A stretch of DNA of 14,138 nt from Candidatus Hydrogenedentota bacterium (GTDB taxonomy: Bacteria; Hydrogenedentota; Hydrogenedentia; Hydrogenedentales; SLHB01). Under the pieces are notes generated by a model. The model worked only from the letters and a program-made list of their open reading frames with translations. It was not told the DNA's origin and searched no databases. Positions 1-7,371 of this stretch are shown in pieces (position 1 is the first letter of the stretch; each line of letters opens with the position of its first letter). Position numbers and translations under genes: made by a program. The stretch covers positions 1 to 14,138 of the forward strand of contig JAWXCN010000229.1 of the NCBI GenBank assembly GCA_034408725.1, read 5' to 3'.

Positions 1-14
1 GAGTACCCCGAAGT

Positions 15-121
15 GAAAGCGGCGCTGACACGCCGCAGTCCAAGGCGCTGCGCGCGGCCAAACGACGTCTAAAATCCGCGCGGAGCGCCTTGGAGTGCGA
101 CAGCGGGTAGCTGCCGCTTTC
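15..121. repeat. REP doublet (REPIN/BIME-like) nested hairpin, copy 1
   Basis: Two inverted REP-like units of the form TTGGA(G/C)T-GCG..hairpin..CGC-TTT lie at 16-43 (minus) and 90-120 (plus). The inner arms TCCAAGGCGCT-g-CGCGCGG (39-57) and CCGCGCG-g-AGCGCCTTGGA (76-94) are reverse complements. Outer GAAAGCGGC (15-23) pairs with GCCGCTTTC (113-121). Confidence 0.8.
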
Positions 122-227
122 CCATTCCTGGGCAAGATCGCTTCGCAGTTAAGTGTGATTGCCCTGTTTTCTGTTCACGTGTGCCTGAAGCCTTCAAATT
201 TATTGGAGCATTTGAGTACCCCGAAGT

Positions 228-334
228 GATAGCGGCGCTGACACGCCGCAGTCCAAGGCGCTTCGCGCGGCCAAACGACGTCTAAAATCCGCGCGGAGCG
301 CCTTGGAGTGCGACAGCGGGTAGCTGCCGCTTTC
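228..334. repeat. REP doublet (REPIN/BIME-like) nested hairpin, copy 2
   Basis: Same structure as 15-121, shifted by 213 bp, with two substitutions inside the element. Confidence 0.8.
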
Positions 335-342
335 CATTTCCT

Positions 343-377
343 GGGCAAGATCGCTTCGCAATGAAGCGCGATTGCCC
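343..377. terminator. Stem-loop just past the phosphodiesterase stop codon; possible terminator or mRNA 3' protection hairpin (second copy at 130-164)
   Basis: GGGCAA (343-348)/TTGCCC (372-377) outer stem with an inner CGCTTC/GAAGCG stem, 7 nt from the stop at 385. There is no U-tract on the minus strand. The 130-164 copy is followed by GTTTTCTGTT on the plus strand. Confidence 0.35.
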
Positions 378-384
378 TGGCCTA

Positions 385-2562
385 TCAGTCCAATAACGAC
401 TTCCCCTGATAGTCAGCGGGAATCTCGACATGCAAGAACCGCAGCGCGGTCGGCCCTAAATCCATGATTGACGGATCGGTTGCACCGGATAGTGGCTTGT
501 TCGCAAAGAAAATACCTTTCGTTTCTTTTGCCGCGGATGCCGCGTGGTCGCCGCTCCACTTGTCTTTGTTCGGGGCGAACAGTTCGGCGGTTGCTTCTCC
601 GCGGGCGGAGGATTTGGATGTTTGGAAACCTTCGGCGTACCCAAACTGAAGATCGGGCGCATTGGCTTTGGCGCCGGCTTGAGCGTTGTCCACTGTGTAA
701 ATGTCACTGAACACTTTTTTGCCGGTATCCGGATTGGTGAGTTGCAGAAGCTTTTGTTTGATCTCCGCGATCAACGCCGGCGCTTCTTCCGGCGACACAA
801 TACCCCGGCCTTCGCGGCCTTTGAGATTGAGATAGATTCCGCCAACACCAATGCCATAAGCCTTCGTGCGCGACCAGTCGTAGCCATTCAAAAAATCTTT
901 TTCGTTGATTGCCGTCGCGGGATCGGTCTGGCCTTCGACCGCGAGATAGCCATTTCGGATCAACCACGTAGTCACGCTGAAACCTGTGCGGAAACTGTGG
1001 AACCCGTGGTCGGAGAGGATCATGAGCAGATCGTCCGCCGCGAGTTTCCCGGCGACTTTCCCAACCGTCTCGTCCATGCGCCTGTAAGTATCTTCGACAA
1101 TAGCACCGTATTTGGCCGCGCCTTCGGCGGTGTAAAGCGGATGCTTCGGATCGCGGAACCGCCAGAACGTGTGGGCGACACGATCTGTTTCCGTCCAACA
1201 CGCAATCAACATCTCGAAATGTTGGCGGTCGAGTTCGTCGAGCGTCAGTTTCTCCACCCAATCCGTTTCCGCTCGGGCATCCGCGAGGAAGACATCTTCG
1301 GGGAGCGCGTCCTTGCGCAGCGCATTTGTGTCGTGCGACCAGCCGACGGTTTCGTACAGGCCGTAACGGTCCGCCAACTCGCCGCTGTATGCGGGGGGCG
1401 CGCTAATCGGCACGAGCGGCGCGCGCGGATGCATTTCCATGCAGGTCATGTAGAGACGGACGTGCTCACCCGCTTCGATGACATGGAACCGGCTGATGGC
1501 CTGCACGTTGAACACGGGCGTGACAACAAACGTCCATTCCGTCCATTCGGACCATTGTCCCTGCTCGACCGTGACTTTAGCCGTGGGCAGATTCATGGTA
1601 ACAGTGTGGTTCTGTCGATCAACGGCAAGGTTGAGGGGCACCTGCACCGACGCGGCGCGGCCAGGCCGGGGATCGCGCGCCGTGGGAATGTTTACGGTGG
1701 CGGCGTCTCCCGCAAATGACAGCTTGATGTAGTAACCGCCGCCGGGTGTTTCGCGAAGCTGTTCGTCAGTGACGGTATCCGACATCCACAACGAGGTGCT
1801 GGCGGTGCCTCGGATATCCGGCACGCCTTCGCCACCGAGCATGAGGCCGTGTTTCAGCGCGTCTACAGGAAACGCGAAAGGCACGCGGATAATTTTTGCG
1901 CGTTTTCCTTGCGCATCGGCGGCCAACCAAAACGCATCGCCGGTGCGTTGCGACATGTACCGTGCCGGCGTGGCGACGCTGCCATCTGCCGCAAGCCGTG
2001 GTTGTTCGAGGTGGCCTTCGCCGCCCGCGGCCCGGTATGTGGACGGATTGCGCCCAATGAAATCGAACACGCCATGAACGGCAGGTGTCGTTGAGGTTGC
2101 GAACGATGCCCATGCGACGGGGGACAGGGCCGGGACCGTGGTTCCGAGTCGCGTGTACACGCCGTCTTTGGCGAGCTTCGCGAGGTTGGGGAGTTCGCCT
2201 TTGGCGATCATTGCATCCACAAGACTCGGTTCGACTCCGTCGAAACCAAGGATAATTACGCGTGGACCGGCAATGGCTGCCTCGGACGGTTTAGGACCAT
2301 CATCTGCAACAGGCATTACATCGGGCGGTGCTGTTTGTGGCGGAACTGGAGCGGTTATTGGCGTTTCTTCTGCAATTTCAACCGGTGGCGGCGCCTCACC
2401 CAGCGAATCATCGCGGCACGAAAAAAAGGGCAACAGCATTATAAGGAAGGCCGCGACAGTGCAGTTGCACAATTGACGCAGGTGAGGCGCGTTCAGCGCT
2501 CCGGGCGCCGTTGGTGGTGCATCAGTGTTGACTCGCGCGGTGGGCGATAAATCGTTCTGCAC
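385..2562 (-). CDS. Alkaline phosphatase superfamily protein (type I phosphodiesterase/nucleotide pyrophosphatase, COG3379-like), probable lipoprotein
   Basis: 725-aa ORF. It has the AlkP-core motifs ILGFDG, TTVPALSPVAWASFAT (Ser nucleophile position), DRVAH, LSDHGF and SGDH. A hydrophobic stretch ends in FFSC (Cys49) and is followed by a Pro-rich linker. The GTG start lies 2 nt after the upstream stop; the exact start is uncertain. Confidence 0.9.
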   Translation of the reverse strand: MQNDLSPTARVNTDAPPTAPGALNAPHLRQLCNCTVAAFLIMLLPFFSCRDDSLGEAPPPVEIAEETPITAPVPPQTAPPDVMPVADDGPKPSEAAIAGPRVIILGFDGVEPSLVDAMIAKGELPNLAKLAKDGVYTRLGTTVPALSPVAWASFATSTTPAVHGVFDFIGRNPSTYRAAGGEGHLEQPRLAADGSVATPARYMSQRTGDAFWLAADAQGKRAKIIRVPFAFPVDALKHGLMLGGEGVPDIRGTASTSLWMSDTVTDEQLRETPGGGYYIKLSFAGDAATVNIPTARDPRPGRAASVQVPLNLAVDRQNHTVTMNLPTAKVTVEQGQWSEWTEWTFVVTPVFNVQAISRFHVIEAGEHVRLYMTCMEMHPRAPLVPISAPPAYSGELADRYGLYETVGWSHDTNALRKDALPEDVFLADARAETDWVEKLTLDELDRQHFEMLIACWTETDRVAHTFWRFRDPKHPLYTAEGAAKYGAIVEDTYRRMDETVGKVAGKLAADDLLMILSDHGFHSFRTGFSVTTWLIRNGYLAVEGQTDPATAINEKDFLNGYDWSRTKAYGIGVGGIYLNLKGREGRGIVSPEEAPALIAEIKQKLLQLTNPDTGKKVFSDIYTVDNAQAGAKANAPDLQFGYAEGFQTSKSSARGEATAELFAPNKDKWSGDHAASAAKETKGIFFANKPLSGATDPSIMDLGPTALRFLHVEIPADYQGKSLLD

Positions 2563-2564
2563 GG

Positions 2565-5500
2565 CTATTTCCGTTCCGCGAGAAATGCGATGAGATCGCG
2601 CAATTGCCTGGGTGAAAGAATTTCGGCCAATCCCGTGGGCATGGATGACAGGGCTTTTACACGCGATTCAATTTCGCTTTTCGCTATCGTGATGCGCGGT
2701 AACGGCACACGGGCGCCCGGCGCCGCGCCTTCCGCGGTAACATCCACGGTGCTGTGGGCGAGTGCAAGCTGGGGATCGGCGAAGGGGTCTTCTTCCACGA
2801 ATGACACTTCGAGTACAAGTTCTGCATCGGTTTCTGAAATCATCCGGCCCATGATCGATCTTCCGTCTTTGAGCGTGAGCGAAACGTTTTCGTAGCCCTC
2901 GGCGATCTGGTGGTTTGGAACGGCCACCGCGGCCAGCAAGTATTCACGGTCATACTTCGCGGCGATGTGCGTGAGTTCCGGGCCGACTTCGCCGCCGCCG
3001 CGCCCAAGCATGACATGACAGCGCATGCAGGAGACCGAAGCTTCGTCGTAGAAAACGCGCGAGCCGTTGCGCGGGTTTCCCCCAAAAAGCGCGGGCCGGT
3101 ATTTTGCAAGGGGATCGCCGGGGGACAGCGACGCATCGTACACCGCAAGTTTTGTTTTTAACGACTCCGTTTTCGCGGTGCGCGCGGCATCGAGAATATC
3201 GAGTTGTATTTCCATCGCGGAGTTTCCGGCAATGAGCCTGTCCATCCATGCGCTGATTATCGTTTCGGCAGCGGGATGTGTCATTTCACCCAATAGCGCA
3301 AGAGCCACCTGCTTTTCTTCGGTTTCTCCCCTTTCGACGGTCTGTTTCAAAATTACGGTTGCGGCTCCGGGATCAATGGCGCTGAGTTGGGTGACCGCTT
3401 CCGACCGAAGGGCGGGCGCGCCGGCGGCGTGGGCGATGTCGATGGCCTTGCGCAATCGTGGAGACTCCGTTACGCCGAGCGCGCGCAACGCGGCCGCGCG
3501 GAGATCGTGGTCCTTGTCATTCGCGTTCACCACGTCGAACAGTTCGTCGTTCGCATTCGCCATGCGCAATGCCGCGGCGGCTGCGCATCCGGCCTTCGCC
3601 ACGGCAATGTCGTCTGCGGCGATCAACGCATTAATCCGCGGTTGCAATGCCGCGACCGCGTCTGTCGCTTTGCCCGGCGTCATTGGACGCCAGGCGCCGG
3701 TGACGCGATCAAGCGCGGGCGGGCTCGTCCACAGTGCAAGATGCGCGATGGCCTCTGCGCGCAGGTTTGCGGGCGCTGCGCTAGACGCATAAGCAGCGAG
3801 TGATTCCGCGCCATCTGCTCCGCCGAGCCGGAATCTCGCGTTCAATACGCGACGCGAGAATGCTGCGTTATCCGCACCGGCGGCATCGGGGTCCATTTGC
3901 GACAGCACCGGCATTGCGTCCGCGATGCCTTCGTCGTGAATCGCGCGCGCGGCTTCGGTGCGAATGAAAGTATCGGCGTCACCAAGAAATTTCGCAGTGG
4001 CCTCGCTATGTAACCGGCGAAGGACAAGCAACGCGCCAAGGCGCACTGGCGCTGAATCATCCGCCGTGAGCACCGCGAGTTCCGTTTCACTTGCCTGCGC
4101 GTTGAGTCCCATGACGGCCGCGTGGCGCAGGTACGCGTCGGCGTTCGCATTGTCGCGCAATAAGGTTAGCAGCGCGCTTCGCGCCGCGCCGGATTCATCC
4201 TTTGGCATACGCGCAAGGGCCTGCGCGAAGAAGAATTTTACGCGGGGAGTTTGATTGTTTAACTTCGCTGCCAGGGATTGCAGGGCGGGAGCGAACCGGA
4301 CATCGCCCAACACGCGCGCGGATTGTGCGCGGACTTCTTCAACGGGATCATCCACCAGCGCAACCAATTCTTCCGGCGCGATGCCGCGCAATCCCAGATG
4401 CCACAAGCCCCAGATTCCGTGTAGACGAGCAAGCGGAGTTCCGCCCTTTTGCGCGGCAGACAGCAGCGTTTGCCGTCCGTCATCGCCGCGATCCGCGAGT
4501 GCCCATTGGGCTTCGTAACGCACACGCTGATCGGCATGGCTCAGCAATGCCGCGAGATCGGCGACGGACCGATTGGTCATGCCTTCCGCGAGGATCGCGC
4601 GGGTTTCGTCCATGGCCAGGTCGTCGACTGAATTGAAGATGCGGTAAATCCGGCCTTTCATCGGCTGGTTCCAACCCTGGGTCCAGTCGGTCGCGTAGAG
4701 TCCCGCGCGCATGCCAAAGTCGCAGTCAGTGACCAACATGCCTTTGAGGAAATCGTGCCGGTCGGCTATTTCGAAACTCGCGCCTTTCGCCGACATCTTG
4801 ATCGCATGGACCAAACTGACGTTTGCGTCACCGCGAAAGTCGCACATGAAGAAATAGCCGCGGTAGGTTTCCGGCATGCCGGTCCCTGGGTAATACGAGA
4901 GGCCTGACGGGCCCGCGCCAATGTTTGCGAGCGGCGGCACGATATGCGCGGGCTGACCTTCATGGTACGGCTCCCACATTTTTTCAGCATTCCACGGTCC
5001 GCGCGAATTGGGTTCGGTGATCCACTGATAGCCGATGCGCCAACCGCTGTCGCCACCATCGACAATCCACACCCATCGCGCCTGGTCGCCGCCGTCCGAG
5101 TTGTTGTCGCCTGTGAACAGGTTTCCGAAATCGTCGAAGGCGAGTTCCTGCGGGTTGCGCAAGCCGCGATGGACAATTTCAAGGCATGTGCCGTCGGGGA
5201 AACAACGAAACACTGCGCCGGTGTCCGGTTCGTCAATGATTCCGGCATCAAACGTTTTTACATGCGCACCGCGATCGCCGATGGAGAAATAGATGCGGCC
5301 ATCCGGCCCTTTGCGCAGGCCGTGAAGGTCGTGGCCAAGAAAGCCTATGTGTACACCATACCCAGAACTCAACACGTCGCGGGTGTCGCTTTTCCCGTCG
5401 CCGTCTTCGTCGCGAAGTTTCCACAATTCCGGAATGCAGGTATAGAACACATTGCCACGGTCCACCAACAACCCAGCGCCGATTCCCGCGAGCGCATCCT

Positions 5501-5963
5501 TAAACCCATCGGCAAACACTTCCGCACGGTCCGCCTTGCCGTCTCCGTCGTCATCGGCGATAAACCGCACGCGATCGTGTTCGACCGTATAACCGGGAAA
5601 ATCATTACCGAGGTTTTTCTTCATGGCCACGAGCCGGTCTTCCAATGTGCGCGCGGCGAGGTCGTCCACCAGCCAGTCCCGGTGACCGCGCATATCGCTC
5701 ACGCCTTTGTGATGGCGAAAGGTTTCAGCGACATAAAAACTGCCCTGATGATCGATATAGAACGCGACGGGATTCGCAAGCATGGGTTCCGCGGCGAACA
5801 GCTCGACTTTGAAACCTTCGACCGGATGAAATGCGCCAATAGCGCGCACGCCTTCGGAGGACGGGCTGGCAATGTTGGGCGCGTATGCCGGTGGCTCTTG
5901 CCCCAGCGCGCAAATGCAGGCAGTTAGAACAAAACTGGTTTTGAGTTTGTGGCGCCACGGCAT
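2565..5963 (-). CDS. PVC-type heme-binding CxxCH protein: signal peptide, dehydrogenase-like beta-propeller, HEAT repeats and C-terminal cytochrome c (1132 aa)
   Basis: GFKVELFAAEPMLANPVA, DDDGDGKAD, HGLRKGPDGRIYFSIGD and GLRNPQELAFDDFGNLFTGDN are typical of the Planctomycete-type membrane-bound dehydrogenase domain. An Ala/Leu-rich HEAT region follows, then CMRCH at 3015-3029, GPEL, and the distal-ligand motif SSMPTGL. The start was moved to ATG 5963 because an AAAGGA RBS precedes it and a signal-like N-terminus follows. Confidence 0.9.
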   Translation of the reverse strand: MPWRHKLKTSFVLTACICALGQEPPAYAPNIASPSSEGVRAIGAFHPVEGFKVELFAAEPMLANPVAFYIDHQGSFYVAETFRHHKGVSDMRGHRDWLVDDLAARTLEDRLVAMKKNLGNDFPGYTVEHDRVRFIADDDGDGKADRAEVFADGFKDALAGIGAGLLVDRGNVFYTCIPELWKLRDEDGDGKSDTRDVLSSGYGVHIGFLGHDLHGLRKGPDGRIYFSIGDRGAHVKTFDAGIIDEPDTGAVFRCFPDGTCLEIVHRGLRNPQELAFDDFGNLFTGDNNSDGGDQARWVWIVDGGDSGWRIGYQWITEPNSRGPWNAEKMWEPYHEGQPAHIVPPLANIGAGPSGLSYYPGTGMPETYRGYFFMCDFRGDANVSLVHAIKMSAKGASFEIADRHDFLKGMLVTDCDFGMRAGLYATDWTQGWNQPMKGRIYRIFNSVDDLAMDETRAILAEGMTNRSVADLAALLSHADQRVRYEAQWALADRGDDGRQTLLSAAQKGGTPLARLHGIWGLWHLGLRGIAPEELVALVDDPVEEVRAQSARVLGDVRFAPALQSLAAKLNNQTPRVKFFFAQALARMPKDESGAARSALLTLLRDNANADAYLRHAAVMGLNAQASETELAVLTADDSAPVRLGALLVLRRLHSEATAKFLGDADTFIRTEAARAIHDEGIADAMPVLSQMDPDAAGADNAAFSRRVLNARFRLGGADGAESLAAYASSAAPANLRAEAIAHLALWTSPPALDRVTGAWRPMTPGKATDAVAALQPRINALIAADDIAVAKAGCAAAAALRMANANDELFDVVNANDKDHDLRAAALRALGVTESPRLRKAIDIAHAAGAPALRSEAVTQLSAIDPGAATVILKQTVERGETEEKQVALALLGEMTHPAAETIISAWMDRLIAGNSAMEIQLDILDAARTAKTESLKTKLAVYDASLSPGDPLAKYRPALFGGNPRNGSRVFYDEASVSCMRCHVMLGRGGGEVGPELTHIAAKYDREYLLAAVAVPNHQIAEGYENVSLTLKDGRSIMGRMISETDAELVLEVSFVEEDPFADPQLALAHSTVDVTAEGAAPGARVPLPRITIAKSEIESRVKALSSMPTGLAEILSPRQLRDLIAFLAERK

Positions 5964-6039
5964 GCGCAAAATTCCTTTCGGAAATGTGAACCCGGAAAAC
6001 AAGCGGCCATGGTAACGGATAGTGAAATTGGAAGGCGAA

Positions 6040-7230
6040 TCAGTGATCCAGGAACCGGTGGGTCTTCGCCTTGGGCATCGCGTTGACGATGCGAAAAAAT
6101 TCGGTTTCGGTGATCTCCGTGGGCCATTCGAGACGCGCGAAGAGTTCGATGCCGCCGGACTCCGTCTGGCGACCGCCGATTGCCCTGAGGGATAAAAGGC
6201 TGTCGACATCGCGCACCCACGCTTTCGCTGGATTCTTGAGCGATGTGTAAAACGGAAACATTGCTTCTTCCAATTTATCGACAGTCTCACTTTGTTCGAG
6301 CAGCATCGAGAGAATTTTTATCTGCCGTTCGGCGATGACCCGTTTGCGCGTGCTCTTTAATCGATTGAACAAATCATACATCTGGTTCCGGTACAGCGCC
6401 TTTGACAGGTTGACGCGAATTTCCTCGAGTAAGCGCAAGCACTGAATCTCGATTCCACGCAGCCCGAAAATAAGGAAGGGCGTCAAATCATGCTGCTGGG
6501 TGCGAACGTCGGAGAGCGCTTGCAAATACGCCTGTTTCTCTTCGTAATAGTAGTTCGACATAGCGATGAACAAGGTGTCGCGCAACCCGCACCGTTGCAG
6601 AAAAAGCGCTTCCAGTGCCCGCGCCGTGCGACCGTTACCATCGAGAAATGGATGCATCGCGGCGAAATGATAGTGAGCGGCCAAGGCCCTGACGAGAATG
6701 TCCGTCGTGCGCATCTGACCATCGAGTTCGTCGCAAAACCGGTCAAATGCGGCCGCACACTCGTCCCCACCCTGTACGCCCCGGTGCCGCGGCGATCCAA
6801 ATGTCACATTCTGATCAGGCCCGCGCAAGACGCCCGGAGGGCAGTGGTCGTCGTCGGCGTCCGTTACGATTAACCGGTGAATTTCAAGAATCGTCTCGCG
6901 GGTTATGGGATAGTCGATGGGAAGCATCGCAATCCAGCGGTAGGCCTTCACGGCCGCCGCCGCTTGCCGCTGCGACCGGGTATGAAGTTCACCCGGTTGT
7001 TTCGTCATGGCAAGTTCGAGTTCGACGTCCGTGAAGTCTGCGCCTTCAATGCGGGAAGTGCCGGCGACTTCTCGCTTCAACTGAATGGTCTGGAGTTTTT
7101 CCGCCCAACTTCGCTGGTATGGGATGAGGGTCAGCGAAAGCACTGCGGCCTTCGCGGCGGTCAGGGCCGGTGCAACGGCGACCGCGTCGAATTTTCCCCA
7201 ATGATCGGGAAGCGCATAGGAAATCGCCAT
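6040..7230 (-). CDS. fic: Fic family protein (class II, putative AMPylase/de-AMPylase) with C-terminal HTH-like region
   Basis: Canonical Fic motif HPFLDGNGRTAR at 6619-6654. N-terminal inhibitory (S/T)xxxE(G/N) motif TSRIEG at 7042-7059. The C-terminal ERQIKILSML...KAWVRDVDSL pattern resembles winged-helix tails of Fic proteins. Confidence 0.93.
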   Translation of the reverse strand: MAISYALPDHWGKFDAVAVAPALTAAKAAVLSLTLIPYQRSWAEKLQTIQLKREVAGTSRIEGADFTDVELELAMTKQPGELHTRSQRQAAAAVKAYRWIAMLPIDYPITRETILEIHRLIVTDADDDHCPPGVLRGPDQNVTFGSPRHRGVQGGDECAAAFDRFCDELDGQMRTTDILVRALAAHYHFAAMHPFLDGNGRTARALEALFLQRCGLRDTLFIAMSNYYYEEKQAYLQALSDVRTQQHDLTPFLIFGLRGIEIQCLRLLEEIRVNLSKALYRNQMYDLFNRLKSTRKRVIAERQIKILSMLLEQSETVDKLEEAMFPFYTSLKNPAKAWVRDVDSLLSLRAIGGRQTESGGIELFARLEWPTEITETEFFRIVNAMPKAKTHRFLDH

Positions 7231-7236
7231 GACTCA

Positions 7237-7265
7237 ATCATATCACATTTCATTTCCAATGTCAT
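7237..7265 (-). promoter_or_regulatory. Sigma70-type promoter for fic, positioned for a leaderless transcript
   Basis: Minus strand reads ATGACA (7265-7260), a 17-bp spacer ending in TGa (extended -10), TATGAT (7242-7237), 6 nt, then ATG (7230). There is no Shine-Dalgarno sequence. Confidence 0.7.
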
Positions 7266-7371
7266 TTCCATTTCAATATAGGTATAAGTATTGAATATAT
7301 AGTATCTTATACATTTTAGGCAAATCGACTATTCCGCGCTCATTTCCATCTTATTTCCAAACTATTTCTCA
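7246..7371. repeat. Clustered short direct repeats GAAAT(G/A) (minus strand) in an AT-rich intergenic region; putative operator array
   Basis: CATTTC occurs at 7246, 7251, 7263 and 7269. A second cluster has exact 11-bp phasing at 7330 (TATTCC), 7341 (CATTTCC), 7352 (TATTTCC) and 7363 (TATTTC). Region 7231-7368 is ~30% GC by count. Confidence 0.7.

Larger units (their letters stand above)
1..379. repeat. Tandem direct repeat with 213-bp period; conserved 166-bp copies at 1-166 and 214-379
   Basis: GAGTACCCCGAAGTG... starts at both 1 and 214. Manual alignment of 1-166 against 214-379 gives 8 substitutions and no indels (~95% identity). The copies are separated by a 47-bp AT-richer stretch (167-213). 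Copy 1 starts at the window edge, so the array may continue upstream. Confidence 0.97.

Noticed and set aside
1..379. CRISPR array
   Set aside because: The repeat unit is 166 bp or more rather than 23-50 bp, the internal loop sequences are identical between copies, and no cas genes are present in the window.
544..1719. 391-aa plus-strand ORF
   Set aside because: It is an antisense shadow of the phosphodiesterase in GC-rich DNA with no recognisable motifs.
2421..2427. A7 tract in the signal region (and T7 at 9893-9899) as phase-variation or frameshift sites
   Set aside because: Seven-base runs are short, both ORFs are intact, and there is no meaningful alternative-frame product.
4944..5927. 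327-aa plus-strand ORF (also 3067-3792, 7513-8154, 8185-9015 and 9279-9971)
   Set aside because: These are antisense to well-supported genes, with shadow-frame composition and no domains.
5964..6290. 109-aa N-terminal extension of the CxxCH ORF overlapping the fic 3' end (possible overlap or frameshift fusion)
   Set aside because: The extension is Arg/Ser/Pro-rich off-frame sequence. A good RBS and signal peptide at ATG 5963 explain the gene, and fic ends normally.
7231..7371. Plasmid or phage replication origin (iterons plus AT-rich region) or dif site
   Set aside because: No rep, par or integrase gene is nearby, the repeats are short and degenerate, and there is no match to the XerC/XerD dif consensus. 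An operator is the simpler explanation.
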